64,000 bases of DNA. Origin: Deltaproteobacteria bacterium (lineage in GTDB: Bacteria; Desulfobacterota; Binatia; Binatales; Binataceae). Within the stretch, counting starts at the first letter, position 1, and every line of letters begins with the position of its first letter. The stretch spans positions 4,292-68,291 of the forward strand of contig JAJZAI010000012.1 in NCBI GenBank assembly GCA_021799495.1. The letters are read 5' to 3'. Shown one piece after another: positions 1 to 8,722 of this stretch. Both the position numbers and the translations under genes were made by a program. The notes under the pieces were generated by a model. It did not search any database. It was given only the letters and a program-made list of their open reading frames with translations, and was not told the DNA's origin.

Positions 1-2
1 CG

Positions 3-296
3 CACGCGTTCTTTTCGGTTCAGCCGATTGCAGTGGTCGCGAGCCGGCTGGCGCGCGACGCGAACGGCGTCCACGTGACGGCGCGTCTGCACAACACGAG
101 CGACCAGCCGCGCGCGTTCGACATGGAAGTGCATTATTACGACGCGAACGGCCGGCCGCTCGGCGCGGATACGATCGCGATCAAACGCCTCGACGCGGGC
201 GCCACGGCCGATTTCTCCAGCCCTCCGCATCAAATCGCCGCCGTCAAAGATTTTTCGATCTATCTGAACAACGGCCGCAATCCTTACGGCAATTGA
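3..296 (+). CDS. C-terminal part of a hypothetical protein (FxLYD-like beta-sandwich domain), 5' end outside the window
   Basis: The frame of the 33..296 ORF stays open back to the window edge. The peptide HVTARLHNTSDQPRAFDMEVHYYDANGRPLGADTIAIKRLDAG resembles short FxLYD-type domains. High GC3. Confidence 0.4.
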   Translation, partial: HAFFSVQPIAVVASRLARDANGVHVTARLHNTSDQPRAFDMEVHYYDANGRPLGADTIAIKRLDAGATADFSSPPHQIAAVKDFSIYLNNGRNPYGN

Positions 297-540
297 CTCT
301 CGTCCGTCGTCCGTGCGCGACGCGACTGCTAGCCGCCACAGCAACGTAAGTGCATAGCCGCATCGTGAACCTGGAGCCGCGGCACCGGTGGGTGAGATCG
401 GCGCTGGCCTGATTGTCGCGATTGCGACCAAATACAACGATTTTCATGTAAACTTCGCCCAATTTGGCTATTTTCGTTCTTTTCGCGCTAAATTTCAGCA
501 ACTTTTGGTTTCACGCCGCACCATAAAAGATCAAAAATAG

Positions 541-1014
541 TTGGCGAATTTAGAGGACCGGACCACAGCAGGGCGCCGGATTCGAATGATCAGGCGAAAA
601 GAACGAACTTTTGGACAAGTGATTCGCGAGCGACGGCGCGAATTGAATCTCACGCAACGCGAGGTCGCGCGGCGGATCAATACCTCGACCGCATATATCG
701 GCCATCTCGAAGCGGACAAGCGCCATCCCTCGGACAAAATTCTCGGCCGGTTGGCGGAGGTCCTGCGGATAGAAGGACGCGATTTGTATTTCGCCGCCAA
801 TCCGCACACGCTCGCGATGCTTCAATCTGACGGCGGCGGCTCAAATCTGTCGGCCTGGGACGAGCTTCGCAGAGATGCCGGACTGCGCCGTTCGCATGGA
901 ATAAAGAAGGACGAAATGGAGCTGCTGGGGCGGGTGGCGGCGATGGGGAAAATCCCGGGAACACGGGATTTTATCTACATCCTCAACACGATACGTTATG
1001 CTCTAGGCCGTTAA
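541..1014 (+). CDS. XRE-family helix-turn-helix transcriptional regulator
   Basis: FGQVIRERRRELNLTQREVARRINTSTAYIGHLEADKRHPSDKILGRLAEVL is a classic Cro/C1-type HTH. The start is uncertain: TTG at 541 or ATG at 586. Confidence 0.75.
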   Translation: MANLEDRTTAGRRIRMIRRKERTFGQVIRERRRELNLTQREVARRINTSTAYIGHLEADKRHPSDKILGRLAEVLRIEGRDLYFAANPHTLAMLQSDGGGSNLSAWDELRRDAGLRRSHGIKKDEMELLGRVAAMGKIPGTRDFIYILNTIRYALGR

Positions 1015-1061
1015 AACGTGCGAATTCGCCGAATATCCCGGCGCGGTCCGCGGCACCCGCC

Positions 1062-1964
1062 TTGCCATCCGGACCGGCGATGCCTGACCGCGGCAAATCG
1101 GCTAGTCTGAACCGACGGATGCGTAATGTGGTGCTTTTTGCGGCTTCCCCGCGATGGCGAACGCTGGCGGCCAACGCGAACGCGCTCGCGACGGCGGCGG
1201 CGTTCGAGCCGGTCAAGCAAACCGCGCGAATGCTGGCGGGCGTCGCCGAGGTGGACGGCGAGCGGGTCTTTATCAAACGCGTCAGCGAAAGGTCGTGGCT
1301 GAAAGGGTTGCTCACGCGGATTCGCGGTTCGCGCGCGCGGCGCGCAATCCGGGGCGCGGCGATTCTGGCCGGCGGCGGATTTCGCCGGCCCGAATTGCTG
1401 GCGGCGGCCGAGGCGCGATCCTTCGGCGCGGCGCGCGGCAGCCTTATTCTGTGCGAGGCGCTCGACGGCGCTCGCGTTCTGGACGCGGTCTATTTCAGGG
1501 GCGGCAAACCCGCATTCCCCCATCGCCGCCGGCTGGCCATGCTAATCGCCCGCGAAATCCGCCGTCTGCATGACGCGGGCATCTACTCGCGCGATCTGCA
1601 GGAGACCAACCTGATGCTCCGCGAAGCGCACGACGGCGGCGTGTCAGTGTATTTCGTCGATCTGGAAGATATCCGGCGCGCCCGCCGGCTCAGCGAGAAG
1701 CGGCGACTGCTTAATTTGATACATCTGGACCGGACGATCGGGCGTTACGCGCCGCGCGCACGGCGCTTATATTTTCTTTATGCGTATCTGGGCGGCAAGC
1801 CGGAACGCGCGGAAGCCCGCCGGATCGTCGCGCGCGCCTTGAGCATCCGCGCCGCCCAGGAACGCCGCGCGCGCGGCAGGCGGCGTTCGGGCGACGCTCC
1901 CGTCCGCTCCGATACGGCGGAAAACGAACTATCGGCGGCTGGAGCCGGCGAGCGAGCGCAATAA
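1062..1964 (+). CDS. Lipopolysaccharide kinase (Kdo/WaaP/InaA)-family kinase-like protein
   Basis: Kinase catalytic-loop-like YSRDLQETNLML followed by a VYFVDLEDI metal-binding-like motif. The ERVFIKR lysine region and overall size fit the Kdo/WaaP family. Alternative starts at 1080 and 1119. Confidence 0.6.
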   Translation: MPSGPAMPDRGKSASLNRRMRNVVLFAASPRWRTLAANANALATAAAFEPVKQTARMLAGVAEVDGERVFIKRVSERSWLKGLLTRIRGSRARRAIRGAAILAGGGFRRPELLAAAEARSFGAARGSLILCEALDGARVLDAVYFRGGKPAFPHRRRLAMLIAREIRRLHDAGIYSRDLQETNLMLREAHDGGVSVYFVDLEDIRRARRLSEKRRLLNLIHLDRTIGRYAPRARRLYFLYAYLGGKPERAEARRIVARALSIRAAQERRARGRRRSGDAPVRSDTAENELSAAGAGERAQ

Positions 1965-1983
1965 TCGATCGGAACCATGCATC

Positions 1984-2715
1984 ATGGCCACACAAGCGTT
2001 CAAGCGAGAATTCGATCATCATACCGAGCAGGTTCATGCGGCGGGGGGAACGAATCTTCGGGATCTGATGCTGGGCCTGAACGACGGCCTGGTGGCGTCG
2101 TTCGCGGTTACCTCCGGCGTCGCCGGCGCGTTCAGCGTCGCTTCGGTCGTAATCATGGCCGGCATTTCGGAGATGCTTGGCGGAGCGGTCGCGATGGGAC
2201 TGGCGGCGTTCGCCTCGGCGCGCGCGCAGCACGAGTTTTATCAGAGCGAAATCCGGCGCGAGCGCGACGAAATCGAGCGCTGGCCGGAACGCGAGCGCGA
2301 GGAGATTCGCGGAATTTACCGCAACAAAGGCTTCAACGGCCCGTTGCTGGAACAGATTATCGCGCATATCACGTCCGATCCGGCGCGATGGCGCGACGTG
2401 ATGATGCGCGAGGAGCTGGGCTTCGGCAGGGAAGTGGACGATTCGCCGCTGCGGTCGGGATTGACCGTGGGAATTTCCTACCTGCTCGGCGCGATGGCGC
2501 CGGTGGCGCCCTATCTGTTCGTGGCGCCGCCGCTCGGAATCGCGATTTCGGCGATCGCGACGGTATGCGTGCTGTTCGCGGTCGGCGCGGCCAAGACCAT
2601 GATCACGTCGCGCTCGTGGTGGCGCAGCGGGCTCGAAAGCATGGCGATCGGAATCGCCGCGGCGGCGGTGACTTATGGCGCCGGCGCGTTATTCGCGAGC
2701 CGGCGCGGCGGCTGA
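1984..2715 (+). CDS. VIT1/CCC1-family iron/manganese transporter
   Basis: N-terminal LNDGLVASFAVTSGVAGA motif, a central acidic ERDEIERWPEREREEI cytoplasmic region and C-terminal TM helices, typical of VIT family members. Confidence 0.8.
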   Translation: MATQAFKREFDHHTEQVHAAGGTNLRDLMLGLNDGLVASFAVTSGVAGAFSVASVVIMAGISEMLGGAVAMGLAAFASARAQHEFYQSEIRRERDEIERWPEREREEIRGIYRNKGFNGPLLEQIIAHITSDPARWRDVMMREELGFGREVDDSPLRSGLTVGISYLLGAMAPVAPYLFVAPPLGIAISAIATVCVLFAVGAAKTMITSRSWWRSGLESMAIGIAAAAVTYGAGALFASRRGG

Positions 2716-2803
2716 CGCGCCGTGGTTGTGGAAGAGCGACGGCGAATTTATAATCGCCGCGAACCGCTTGGGAAGCAGGAGCATTTCACCGTTGACGCTG
2801 GGA

Positions 2804-3766
2804 ATGGCCGACGATTTATCCGCGACAAAGAGCTCGCCGCCATGCAAGCTCTGCGGCGGAGCGACCGGGCAATTCATCGAGCGCAACTCCCATCCCATCG
2901 TTAAATGCCGCGAATGCGGATTCATGTTCGCGTTGCTGCCGCCGAACGTCAGCGCGGAAACGCAGTATGTGAACGACAGCTATTTTTCAGCCGAAGCGGC
3001 GCATGGCATTACAGATTACGATTCTTTGTGGGACGCTCTGGTTTCGCATATGTACGTCCCGCGCCTGAAAAGAATGCTCGAACTTGGCGGACGCGGCGGA
3101 AAACATCTCGACATAGGATGCGCCGGCGGCAATCTCATCGTCCATGCGTCTGAACTGGGATGGGAATGCTACGGCGTCGAGCTATCGCAAACGATGCGGA
3201 GTTGCGCGGCGCAACGGACGGGAAGGCCGATTTTCGCTTCGCTGAACGAAGCCAGAGAGAGCGGCTTGCGGTTCGACTCCGTCACGATGTTCGGGGTGAT
3301 CGAGCATCTGGAAGATCCGTCGGGGACGATGCGACAGGTCGCCGCCATGACGGCGGCTGACGGAATGATCGCGTTAAGCACGCCGAATTTCGAGAATCCC
3401 TACGCGATATCCGGAGCCTTGATAGATATATGGTTCATACCGCCGGAGCACATATCATATTTCAATCGCAGTACGATTACCGGTTGCATGACGGAAGCCG
3501 GCTATAGAATTTCGGCCATGGACGGCATTTTTGGAGCATGGCGGGCGTGGGCCGGCGACACCTCGTTTCCGCGATGGTTGACGGCGGCGCTGAAGCCGTG
3601 GCGGAAAAACAAGCGGCTGCGGCCGGGCGGCCTGCTCGGCGCGATTCTCAAGCGGGCGTACGGTCCGGCGGCGCGTCCCGAACTTTACCGGCGGCGCGAT
3701 CCCGCCGACCTGAAAAGCGCCGAAGTGCTGGAAATTTATGCGCGGCGCGCCGGGAACGAAACGTGA
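2804..3766 (+). CDS. Class I SAM-dependent methyltransferase with N-terminal Zn-ribbon
   Basis: CKLCGG..(17)..CRECGF zinc-ribbon. SAM motif I is HLDIGCAGGNL, post-I is YGVELS, and FGVIEHLEDP is also present. The ATG at 2804 is preferred over the 2675 track start, which overlaps the VIT1 gene. Confidence 0.75.
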   Translation: MADDLSATKSSPPCKLCGGATGQFIERNSHPIVKCRECGFMFALLPPNVSAETQYVNDSYFSAEAAHGITDYDSLWDALVSHMYVPRLKRMLELGGRGGKHLDIGCAGGNLIVHASELGWECYGVELSQTMRSCAAQRTGRPIFASLNEARESGLRFDSVTMFGVIEHLEDPSGTMRQVAAMTAADGMIALSTPNFENPYAISGALIDIWFIPPEHISYFNRSTITGCMTEAGYRISAMDGIFGAWRAWAGDTSFPRWLTAALKPWRKNKRLRPGGLLGAILKRAYGPAARPELYRRRDPADLKSAEVLEIYARRAGNET

Positions 3767-4620
3767 TACGCGTGATTGGCGGCCGCAGCCTGCGGTTGCC
3801 GGATTTTCTCGGAATTGGCCCGCCGCGCACCGCGACGACATGGCTGGAACGGGTTTTACGCGGCCGTGTGGGGTTGCCCAAGGATATCAAGGAAACGCAG
3901 TTCTTCGTCTGGCGCCATCAACTCGGTCTTGAGTGGTACGCCGCGCATTTTATCGAATGTCCGCCAAATCTGCCCGTGGGCGAGTTCGCTCCGACCTATT
4001 TTGATTCGCCGGAGGCGCGCGATCGCATCGCGCGGGACTTGCCGGAATGCGGGATCATATGCACGCTGCGCGATCCGGTGGAGCGCCTATATTCCCATTA
4101 CCGTTTGTGGCGCAAGATTGGCTATACCAAATCGCCTTTTGAACATGCCGCCTTCAAGCATCGCCAGTTGCTCGACACCGCGCGTTACGCCGACCATTTG
4201 CAGGGTTGGCTGGACCGCTTTGGACGCGAACGCGTGCTGGTGCTCCTGCATGACGATTTGCTGGCGGATCAGCAGGGCTTTCTCGATTCGGTCTGCGACT
4301 TTATCGGAATCGGGCGCTTCGACGTTTCCAGCACCGAACTGGCCAACCGGCGCGTCCACACGGTGGAACGGGCGCCGCGCAGCCATCGCGCCGCGCGCCG
4401 CGCCCAATACCTGAAGCGTAAACTCCATCGGCGCCGGCTTTACCGGTTGGCCAGATTAATTGATCCGCTCTTTGAATATTGTTTCTCGGGCGGAGCGCCG
4501 TTTCCGCCGTTGGAGCCTGAACTGGCCGAGCGAGTTCGCGCTTCCCTGCGCCCGCAAACCGAAGCGCTTGAAAAACTAATCGACCGCGATCTGAGCGCCT
4601 GGAAATATCAGCCCGGGTGA
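3763..4620 (+). CDS. PAPS-type sulfotransferase (paralog 1)
   Basis: LPDFLGIGPPRTATTWL (5'-phosphosulfate-binding loop equivalent) and CTLRDPVERLYSHY (3'-phosphate-binding motif). The GTG start at 3763 overlaps the methyltransferase stop (GTGA). The upstream part of the 3538 track ORF is off-gene. Confidence 0.8.
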   Translation: MIRVIGGRSLRLPDFLGIGPPRTATTWLERVLRGRVGLPKDIKETQFFVWRHQLGLEWYAAHFIECPPNLPVGEFAPTYFDSPEARDRIARDLPECGIICTLRDPVERLYSHYRLWRKIGYTKSPFEHAAFKHRQLLDTARYADHLQGWLDRFGRERVLVLLHDDLLADQQGFLDSVCDFIGIGRFDVSSTELANRRVHTVERAPRSHRAARRAQYLKRKLHRRRLYRLARLIDPLFEYCFSGGAPFPPLEPELAERVRASLRPQTEALEKLIDRDLSAWKYQPG

Positions 4621-4667
4621 GCGGCGGCGCAAGCCATTGTCCGGCGCGCCCCCGGACGCGCGCGACG

Positions 4668-5582
4668 CTATTCGCCGCCCGTCGCGGCGGCGGGCGTCTT
4701 CTCCGCCGCGCCCGCGCGTCCGCCATATTTCCATCGCGACAGATCGCGTCCCAGCAACTCTTCGAGCGCCTCTATTTCAGGGATGAATTCGGCGCGCAAG
4801 CGCGCTTCGTCGCCGGGATCGAGCGGAGGAAATTCCTCGCCTCCACTGAAGCAGTAATTCCACGCACTCTCCCAGCGCTCGCTCAAAAAATAGAGTTTGC
4901 GGCGCCGCAGCCGTTCGCGGAACCTGCGCGCGCGTCGCGCGAGCTTGTAACTGCGCGGCGCCTGGTTCATTTCATTCACTCTGGCGTTTCCAACCGGCGA
5001 ATGAGACAAATCAATCGGCGCGACGCTGATGAAAGTTGTTATCTGATTGAGATAATCCTGGGCGTTCGCCTCCAGGTCGTCATTCAGCGCGACCAGGACA
5101 TTTTCAGCGCCGAACTTCTCGCGCCACGCGCGCACGTGTCCGGCATAGCGGCTGACGCCGAACATATTGCCCAGCCCCTCCCATTTCCGATGCTGGTCCA
5201 TCGCTTTTTCGAGCGAAACTTTTCCCATGAAGCCTTCGTGACGCAATTGGCGGTAATTCGAATACAGGCGATAGACCGGATCGCGCAGCGTGCAGATAAT
5301 TTTGCAATGAGGCAGGTATTGCCGGATCCGGTCACGGGCGAGCGGCGCGTCAAAATAAGTCGGAGTGATCTCGCCGATCGGCAAATCAGGCGGACAGGCG
5401 CTGAAGTGCGCCGCATACCAATCGATCCCGAGATCGAAGTACCACGAAAAGAAGTGGATTTCTTTGACTTTGGCCGGCAGGCCAACGTGGCCGGTCAACA
5501 CGCGATGGAGCCACGTCGTCGCCGTCCGCGGAGGACCTACGGCGATAAAATCAGGCAGCCGGAGTTTGGCGTTGTTGCTCAT
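4668..5582 (-). CDS. PAPS-type sulfotransferase (paralog 2)
   Basis: MSNNAKLRLPDFIAVGPPRTATTWL and CTLRDPVYRLYSNY. Alignable along its whole length with paralogs 1 and 3. ATG at 5582. Confidence 0.8.
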   Translation of the reverse strand: MSNNAKLRLPDFIAVGPPRTATTWLHRVLTGHVGLPAKVKEIHFFSWYFDLGIDWYAAHFSACPPDLPIGEITPTYFDAPLARDRIRQYLPHCKIICTLRDPVYRLYSNYRQLRHEGFMGKVSLEKAMDQHRKWEGLGNMFGVSRYAGHVRAWREKFGAENVLVALNDDLEANAQDYLNQITTFISVAPIDLSHSPVGNARVNEMNQAPRSYKLARRARRFRERLRRRKLYFLSERWESAWNYCFSGGEEFPPLDPGDEARLRAEFIPEIEALEELLGRDLSRWKYGGRAGAAEKTPAAATGGE

Positions 5583-5637
5583 CAGCGGATTGCTCCGTAT
5601 TTTGCGGGGCGGCCGGACGCGCTCGCGAGCCGTTAAT

Positions 5638-6789
5638 CTAGAGCTTTGAACGATCCGCCGCCAGCCATCGGCGCTGGCCGAGGGCGGCGCGGTAGGCGGC
5701 GAGATGGCGTTCGGCCACCGCGCGCCAACTGAAGCGCTCGCGCACCATCGCATACCCGCGGCGGCCCATCGACTCGCGCGCCGCCGCGTCGGAGAGCATC
5801 GTCTGAATCGCGCGCGCCCAGGCGTCGGGTTCCAAACGATCGACCAGCAGGCCGTTGTCGCCGTGAAAGACGATTTCGAGCGCGCCGCCGGCCCCGCTGG
5901 CGATCACCGGCCGCCCGCACGCCATCGCTTCGAGAAACACCAGGCCCAGCCCTTCCGGCATCCGGCTCGGCATCGCGAAACAACGCGCGCCCTTGTAGAG
6001 CGACCAAAGTTCGGCGCGCGGCCGGGCGCCCAGAACCGCAACCCGCCCGCCGAGGCCGCGCGCGGCGGCCAGCGCCGCCAGCTTTTCGCGGTCGGGACCG
6101 TCGCCCGCGATAATCAAATCGACCGACGGAAATTCCCGTGCGGCGAGCGCGAACGCTTCGATCAGCAAATCGAGCGCCTTGTGGCGGAAATCGATGCGCG
6201 CCGCGCTCAAAATATAGGAGCGTTCCGCGCGATACGGCGCCGCGGCCGCGGCCGCGGCCAGATCGACGCCGCCCAGAACGATTTGGGCGCGACGGCAAAC
6301 AGGAGCGAAGCCGGAAAAATAGTCCCGCGTGGCGCGCGAAAGCGCGACGATCCCGGCCGCACGCTTCAGCGAGCGCAGGGCGCCGCGGCCCAGTTTGCCG
6401 GAACCCCACGAATCGTAAAGCGATTGCACGAATGGCGTCCGCGTGCGCCGCGCCGCGCCGGCGACGGTCGGAATTTTGTCCCACGTCCATAGATGCGAGT
6501 TCACGAGATCGGGACGAAAGGCGCGGATTCGCTCGATCAATTCTTCAGCGGCCGGCTGGCGCCAGAGGCGCTCGGGATGGCGCAAATTGATCGCCTTGCG
6601 GCCCGGAATATCTCCATAGACGATCCCGGCTGGCGCCGCGGGCGTGCGTTCAAGGCCGGGCGTGACGTGGGGCGTCGAAAAAATTTCCACCTGATGGCCC
6701 ATCGCGAGCAACTCGACGGCGAGGCGATCGACCAGCTCCTGGATGCCGCCGATCGCGCGGAAATCCTCGACTACGAACAATACGCGCAT
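5638..6789 (-). CDS. Glycosyltransferase family 4 (GT-B, Glycos_transf_1)
   Basis: MRVLFVVEDFRAIGGIQELV N-terminus and a C-terminal FAMPSRMPEGLGLVFLEAMACGRPVIAS (E-x7-E region) typical of GT4 enzymes. Confidence 0.85.
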   Translation of the reverse strand: MRVLFVVEDFRAIGGIQELVDRLAVELLAMGHQVEIFSTPHVTPGLERTPAAPAGIVYGDIPGRKAINLRHPERLWRQPAAEELIERIRAFRPDLVNSHLWTWDKIPTVAGAARRTRTPFVQSLYDSWGSGKLGRGALRSLKRAAGIVALSRATRDYFSGFAPVCRRAQIVLGGVDLAAAAAAAPYRAERSYILSAARIDFRHKALDLLIEAFALAAREFPSVDLIIAGDGPDREKLAALAAARGLGGRVAVLGARPRAELWSLYKGARCFAMPSRMPEGLGLVFLEAMACGRPVIASGAGGALEIVFHGDNGLLVDRLEPDAWARAIQTMLSDAAARESMGRRGYAMVRERFSWRAVAERHLAAYRAALGQRRWLAADRSKL

Positions 6790-6814
6790 CAGAGGGTCTC
6801 CGCTCCGCGCGCGC

Positions 6815-7747
6815 CTATCGAGCCGCCGCGCCCGTGCGTCCGGACAAGGCGCGGGCGAGCGACGGCGGCAGGTAGGTTCGCAGGTAGCGCATGATGTTGC
6901 GCATCCGCCACGGATCGAGCTTGAGCGCGCGGCGAAAGGCTTCGCGCGCGGCGGCGCGGTCGCCGTCGTTGAGCGCGCGCAGGCCGATATAGCCCAGGAT
7001 GCTGCGGCTGGCGCGGGCGCGGCCGGCGATCATCGCGCCGGCCGATACGCCGTAGCGTTCGCGCAAGATCCGATCCAGCAGGGCGACCGCCTCCGGCCGT
7101 TGCCATCCGGTCTTGAATTGCCGCGGGAAAAAAGCGAAGCGCCATTTGGCCAGCGCTTCCGGGATGAACCAGAAAGCGCCCAGCTCGCGCAGCCGCAAAG
7201 TGAACTCCACGTCCTCGAAGCCGAAGCGAAACCGCGCGTCGAAGCCGCCGGCCGATTCGTAGGCCGAGCGCCGCACCATCATCGCGCTCGGCATGATCGG
7301 CCAGAGACGAACCAGCATCTCCGCGAGCGTCGGAGCGTGATCGAACCCGGAACCGATCAAGCGCGCGCCAAGGTCGCGCCCGTCGCTGTCCACCAGCGCG
7401 AGGTTGGCGAAGGCCATCACGCATTCCGGATGGGCGTCAAGGGCGGCGGCGCATTGCTCGGCCATCGCGGGCTCCCAAAGGTCGTCAGCGTCGAGGAAGG
7501 CGAGATATTCTCCCGCGGCCGCGGCGGCGCCCCGGTTGCGCGCGGCTGAACTTCCGGCGTTGGACTGGCGGATTACGCGAATCCGATCGCCGAATTGTTC
7601 GAGCACGGCGGGAGTGGCGTCGGTCGAGCCGTCGTCAACCACGATAATTTCAAGCGCCGAAAAAGTTTGCGCGAGCGCGCCGCGGATCGCCTCGGCGACG
7701 GTCGCGGCGCCGTTGTAAACCGGGATGATGGCGGATACGCGGGTCAT
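6815..7747 (-). CDS. Glycosyltransferase family 2 with C-terminal TPR-like tail
   Basis: VSAIIPVYNGAATVAEAI...IIVVDDGSTDAT...AGSSAARNRGAAAAAGEYLAFLDADDLW (GT-A DxD region). ATG at 7747; alternative start at 7816. Confidence 0.85.
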   Translation of the reverse strand: MTRVSAIIPVYNGAATVAEAIRGALAQTFSALEIIVVDDGSTDATPAVLEQFGDRIRVIRQSNAGSSAARNRGAAAAAGEYLAFLDADDLWEPAMAEQCAAALDAHPECVMAFANLALVDSDGRDLGARLIGSGFDHAPTLAEMLVRLWPIMPSAMMVRRSAYESAGGFDARFRFGFEDVEFTLRLRELGAFWFIPEALAKWRFAFFPRQFKTGWQRPEAVALLDRILRERYGVSAGAMIAGRARASRSILGYIGLRALNDGDRAAAREAFRRALKLDPWRMRNIMRYLRTYLPPSLARALSGRTGAAAR

Positions 7748-7781
7748 CGCAAGCGGCCGGGCGGGCGCGGCGAGCAACGCC

Positions 7782-8648
7782 TCAGGCGCGCTGGCCGGCG
7801 GCGCCGTTCGCGCCAAATTTCCATGCGGAAAGATCGCGGCCGATCAGTTCCTCCAAAGCTTCGACCTCGGAGCGGTAGCGCGCGCGCAGGCGCGCCTCGA
7901 CGGCCGGTTCAAGCGGCGGAAAACGATCGCCGCCGTCGAAACAATAACGCCACAGGCCGGCGCGGCCGAGCAGGTTGATGGTTCCGTAGGCCTCGCGCTT
8001 TTTCAGCCAATCGCGCAGCTTGCGTCCGCGGCGCGCAAGCCTTGGGTTGCGCGGCGGAGCGCTGAAGGTATTGATGCGGCGCGCGCCGACCGCGGTATCG
8101 GCCAGGGAATAAGGCGCGATTCCGATAAAGCGGCAGACGCGGTCGAGAAAGGCCTGCGGGTCCGCCTCGAGATCGTCGTGAATCAGGACCAGCACGTTGT
8201 CGCGGCCGAAATCGTCGAACCATCCGCGCAGGCCCGCGCCGTCGCTGACTTCGTCATTCCGGACCCACGACTCGAAGTCGTCGCTGGTCCATGCGTTGCG
8301 CACCGCCAGCTTGTAGAACGAATAGCGCCGCGCGACCGGATCGCGGAAAGTGCAGATGATCCTGCATCGCGGTAGATGCTTCACGATCCGTTCGCGCGCG
8401 ACCGTGGAAAAATAGCTGGCGCATATTTCGCCGCACGGCAAATCCGGATCGCAGCCGGCGAAATACTTCCTGTACCAGTCGATTCCGCGCGCGTAATTCT
8501 CGATGAAAAAATCGACTTCCTTGATCGCGCGCGGCAGGCCGACATGGCCGCGCAGCACGGCGTCGAGCCACGTGGTCGCGGCGCGCGGCGGTCCCACGCA
8601 AAGAAAATCGGGCAGGCGGCCGGCGGATTCGCGATTATCGGGAACCAT
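7782..8648 (-). CDS. PAPS-type sulfotransferase (paralog 3)
   Basis: RLPDFLCVGPPRAATTWL and CTFRDPVARRYSFY. Shares the C-terminal ELIGRDLSAWKF with the other paralogs. Confidence 0.8.
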   Translation of the reverse strand: MVPDNRESAGRLPDFLCVGPPRAATTWLDAVLRGHVGLPRAIKEVDFFIENYARGIDWYRKYFAGCDPDLPCGEICASYFSTVARERIVKHLPRCRIICTFRDPVARRYSFYKLAVRNAWTSDDFESWVRNDEVSDGAGLRGWFDDFGRDNVLVLIHDDLEADPQAFLDRVCRFIGIAPYSLADTAVGARRINTFSAPPRNPRLARRGRKLRDWLKKREAYGTINLLGRAGLWRYCFDGGDRFPPLEPAVEARLRARYRSEVEALEELIGRDLSAWKFGANGAAGQRA

Positions 8649-8722
8649 CAGCGCGGACCCGACGGGAAAGATTTTCGGGCAAGCATCAAGGGGGAAATTT
8701 TAATTGGCGGCGGCGGCCGGAT

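Noticed and set aside
3538-3762. Long N-terminal extensions offered by the ORF track. Examples are the sulfotransferase from 3538, sulfotransferase 2 from 5753, the SDR from 42056, the hydrolase from 39358, rpe from 33428 and fmt from 36718.
   Set aside because: The extensions are Arg/Ala-rich, overlap the preceding gene, and precede conserved N-terminal motifs that begin at internal ATG/GTG codons. Several of those internal starts show ATGA/GTGA coupling or an RBS, so I used the internal starts.
4621-4667. The 47-nt gap between the convergent sulfotransferase genes, checked for a bidirectional terminator (gcgcgc-N8-gcgcgc).
   Set aside because: It has only a 6-bp GC palindrome arm and no U-tracts, so the evidence is insufficient.
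5633-6492. Alternative-frame and antisense ORFs (285 aa on the minus strand, 262 aa on the plus strand) inside the GT4 gene.
   Set aside because: The 5638-6789 frame yields a full GT4 protein with the E-x7-E region. The others are Arg-rich off-frame translations.
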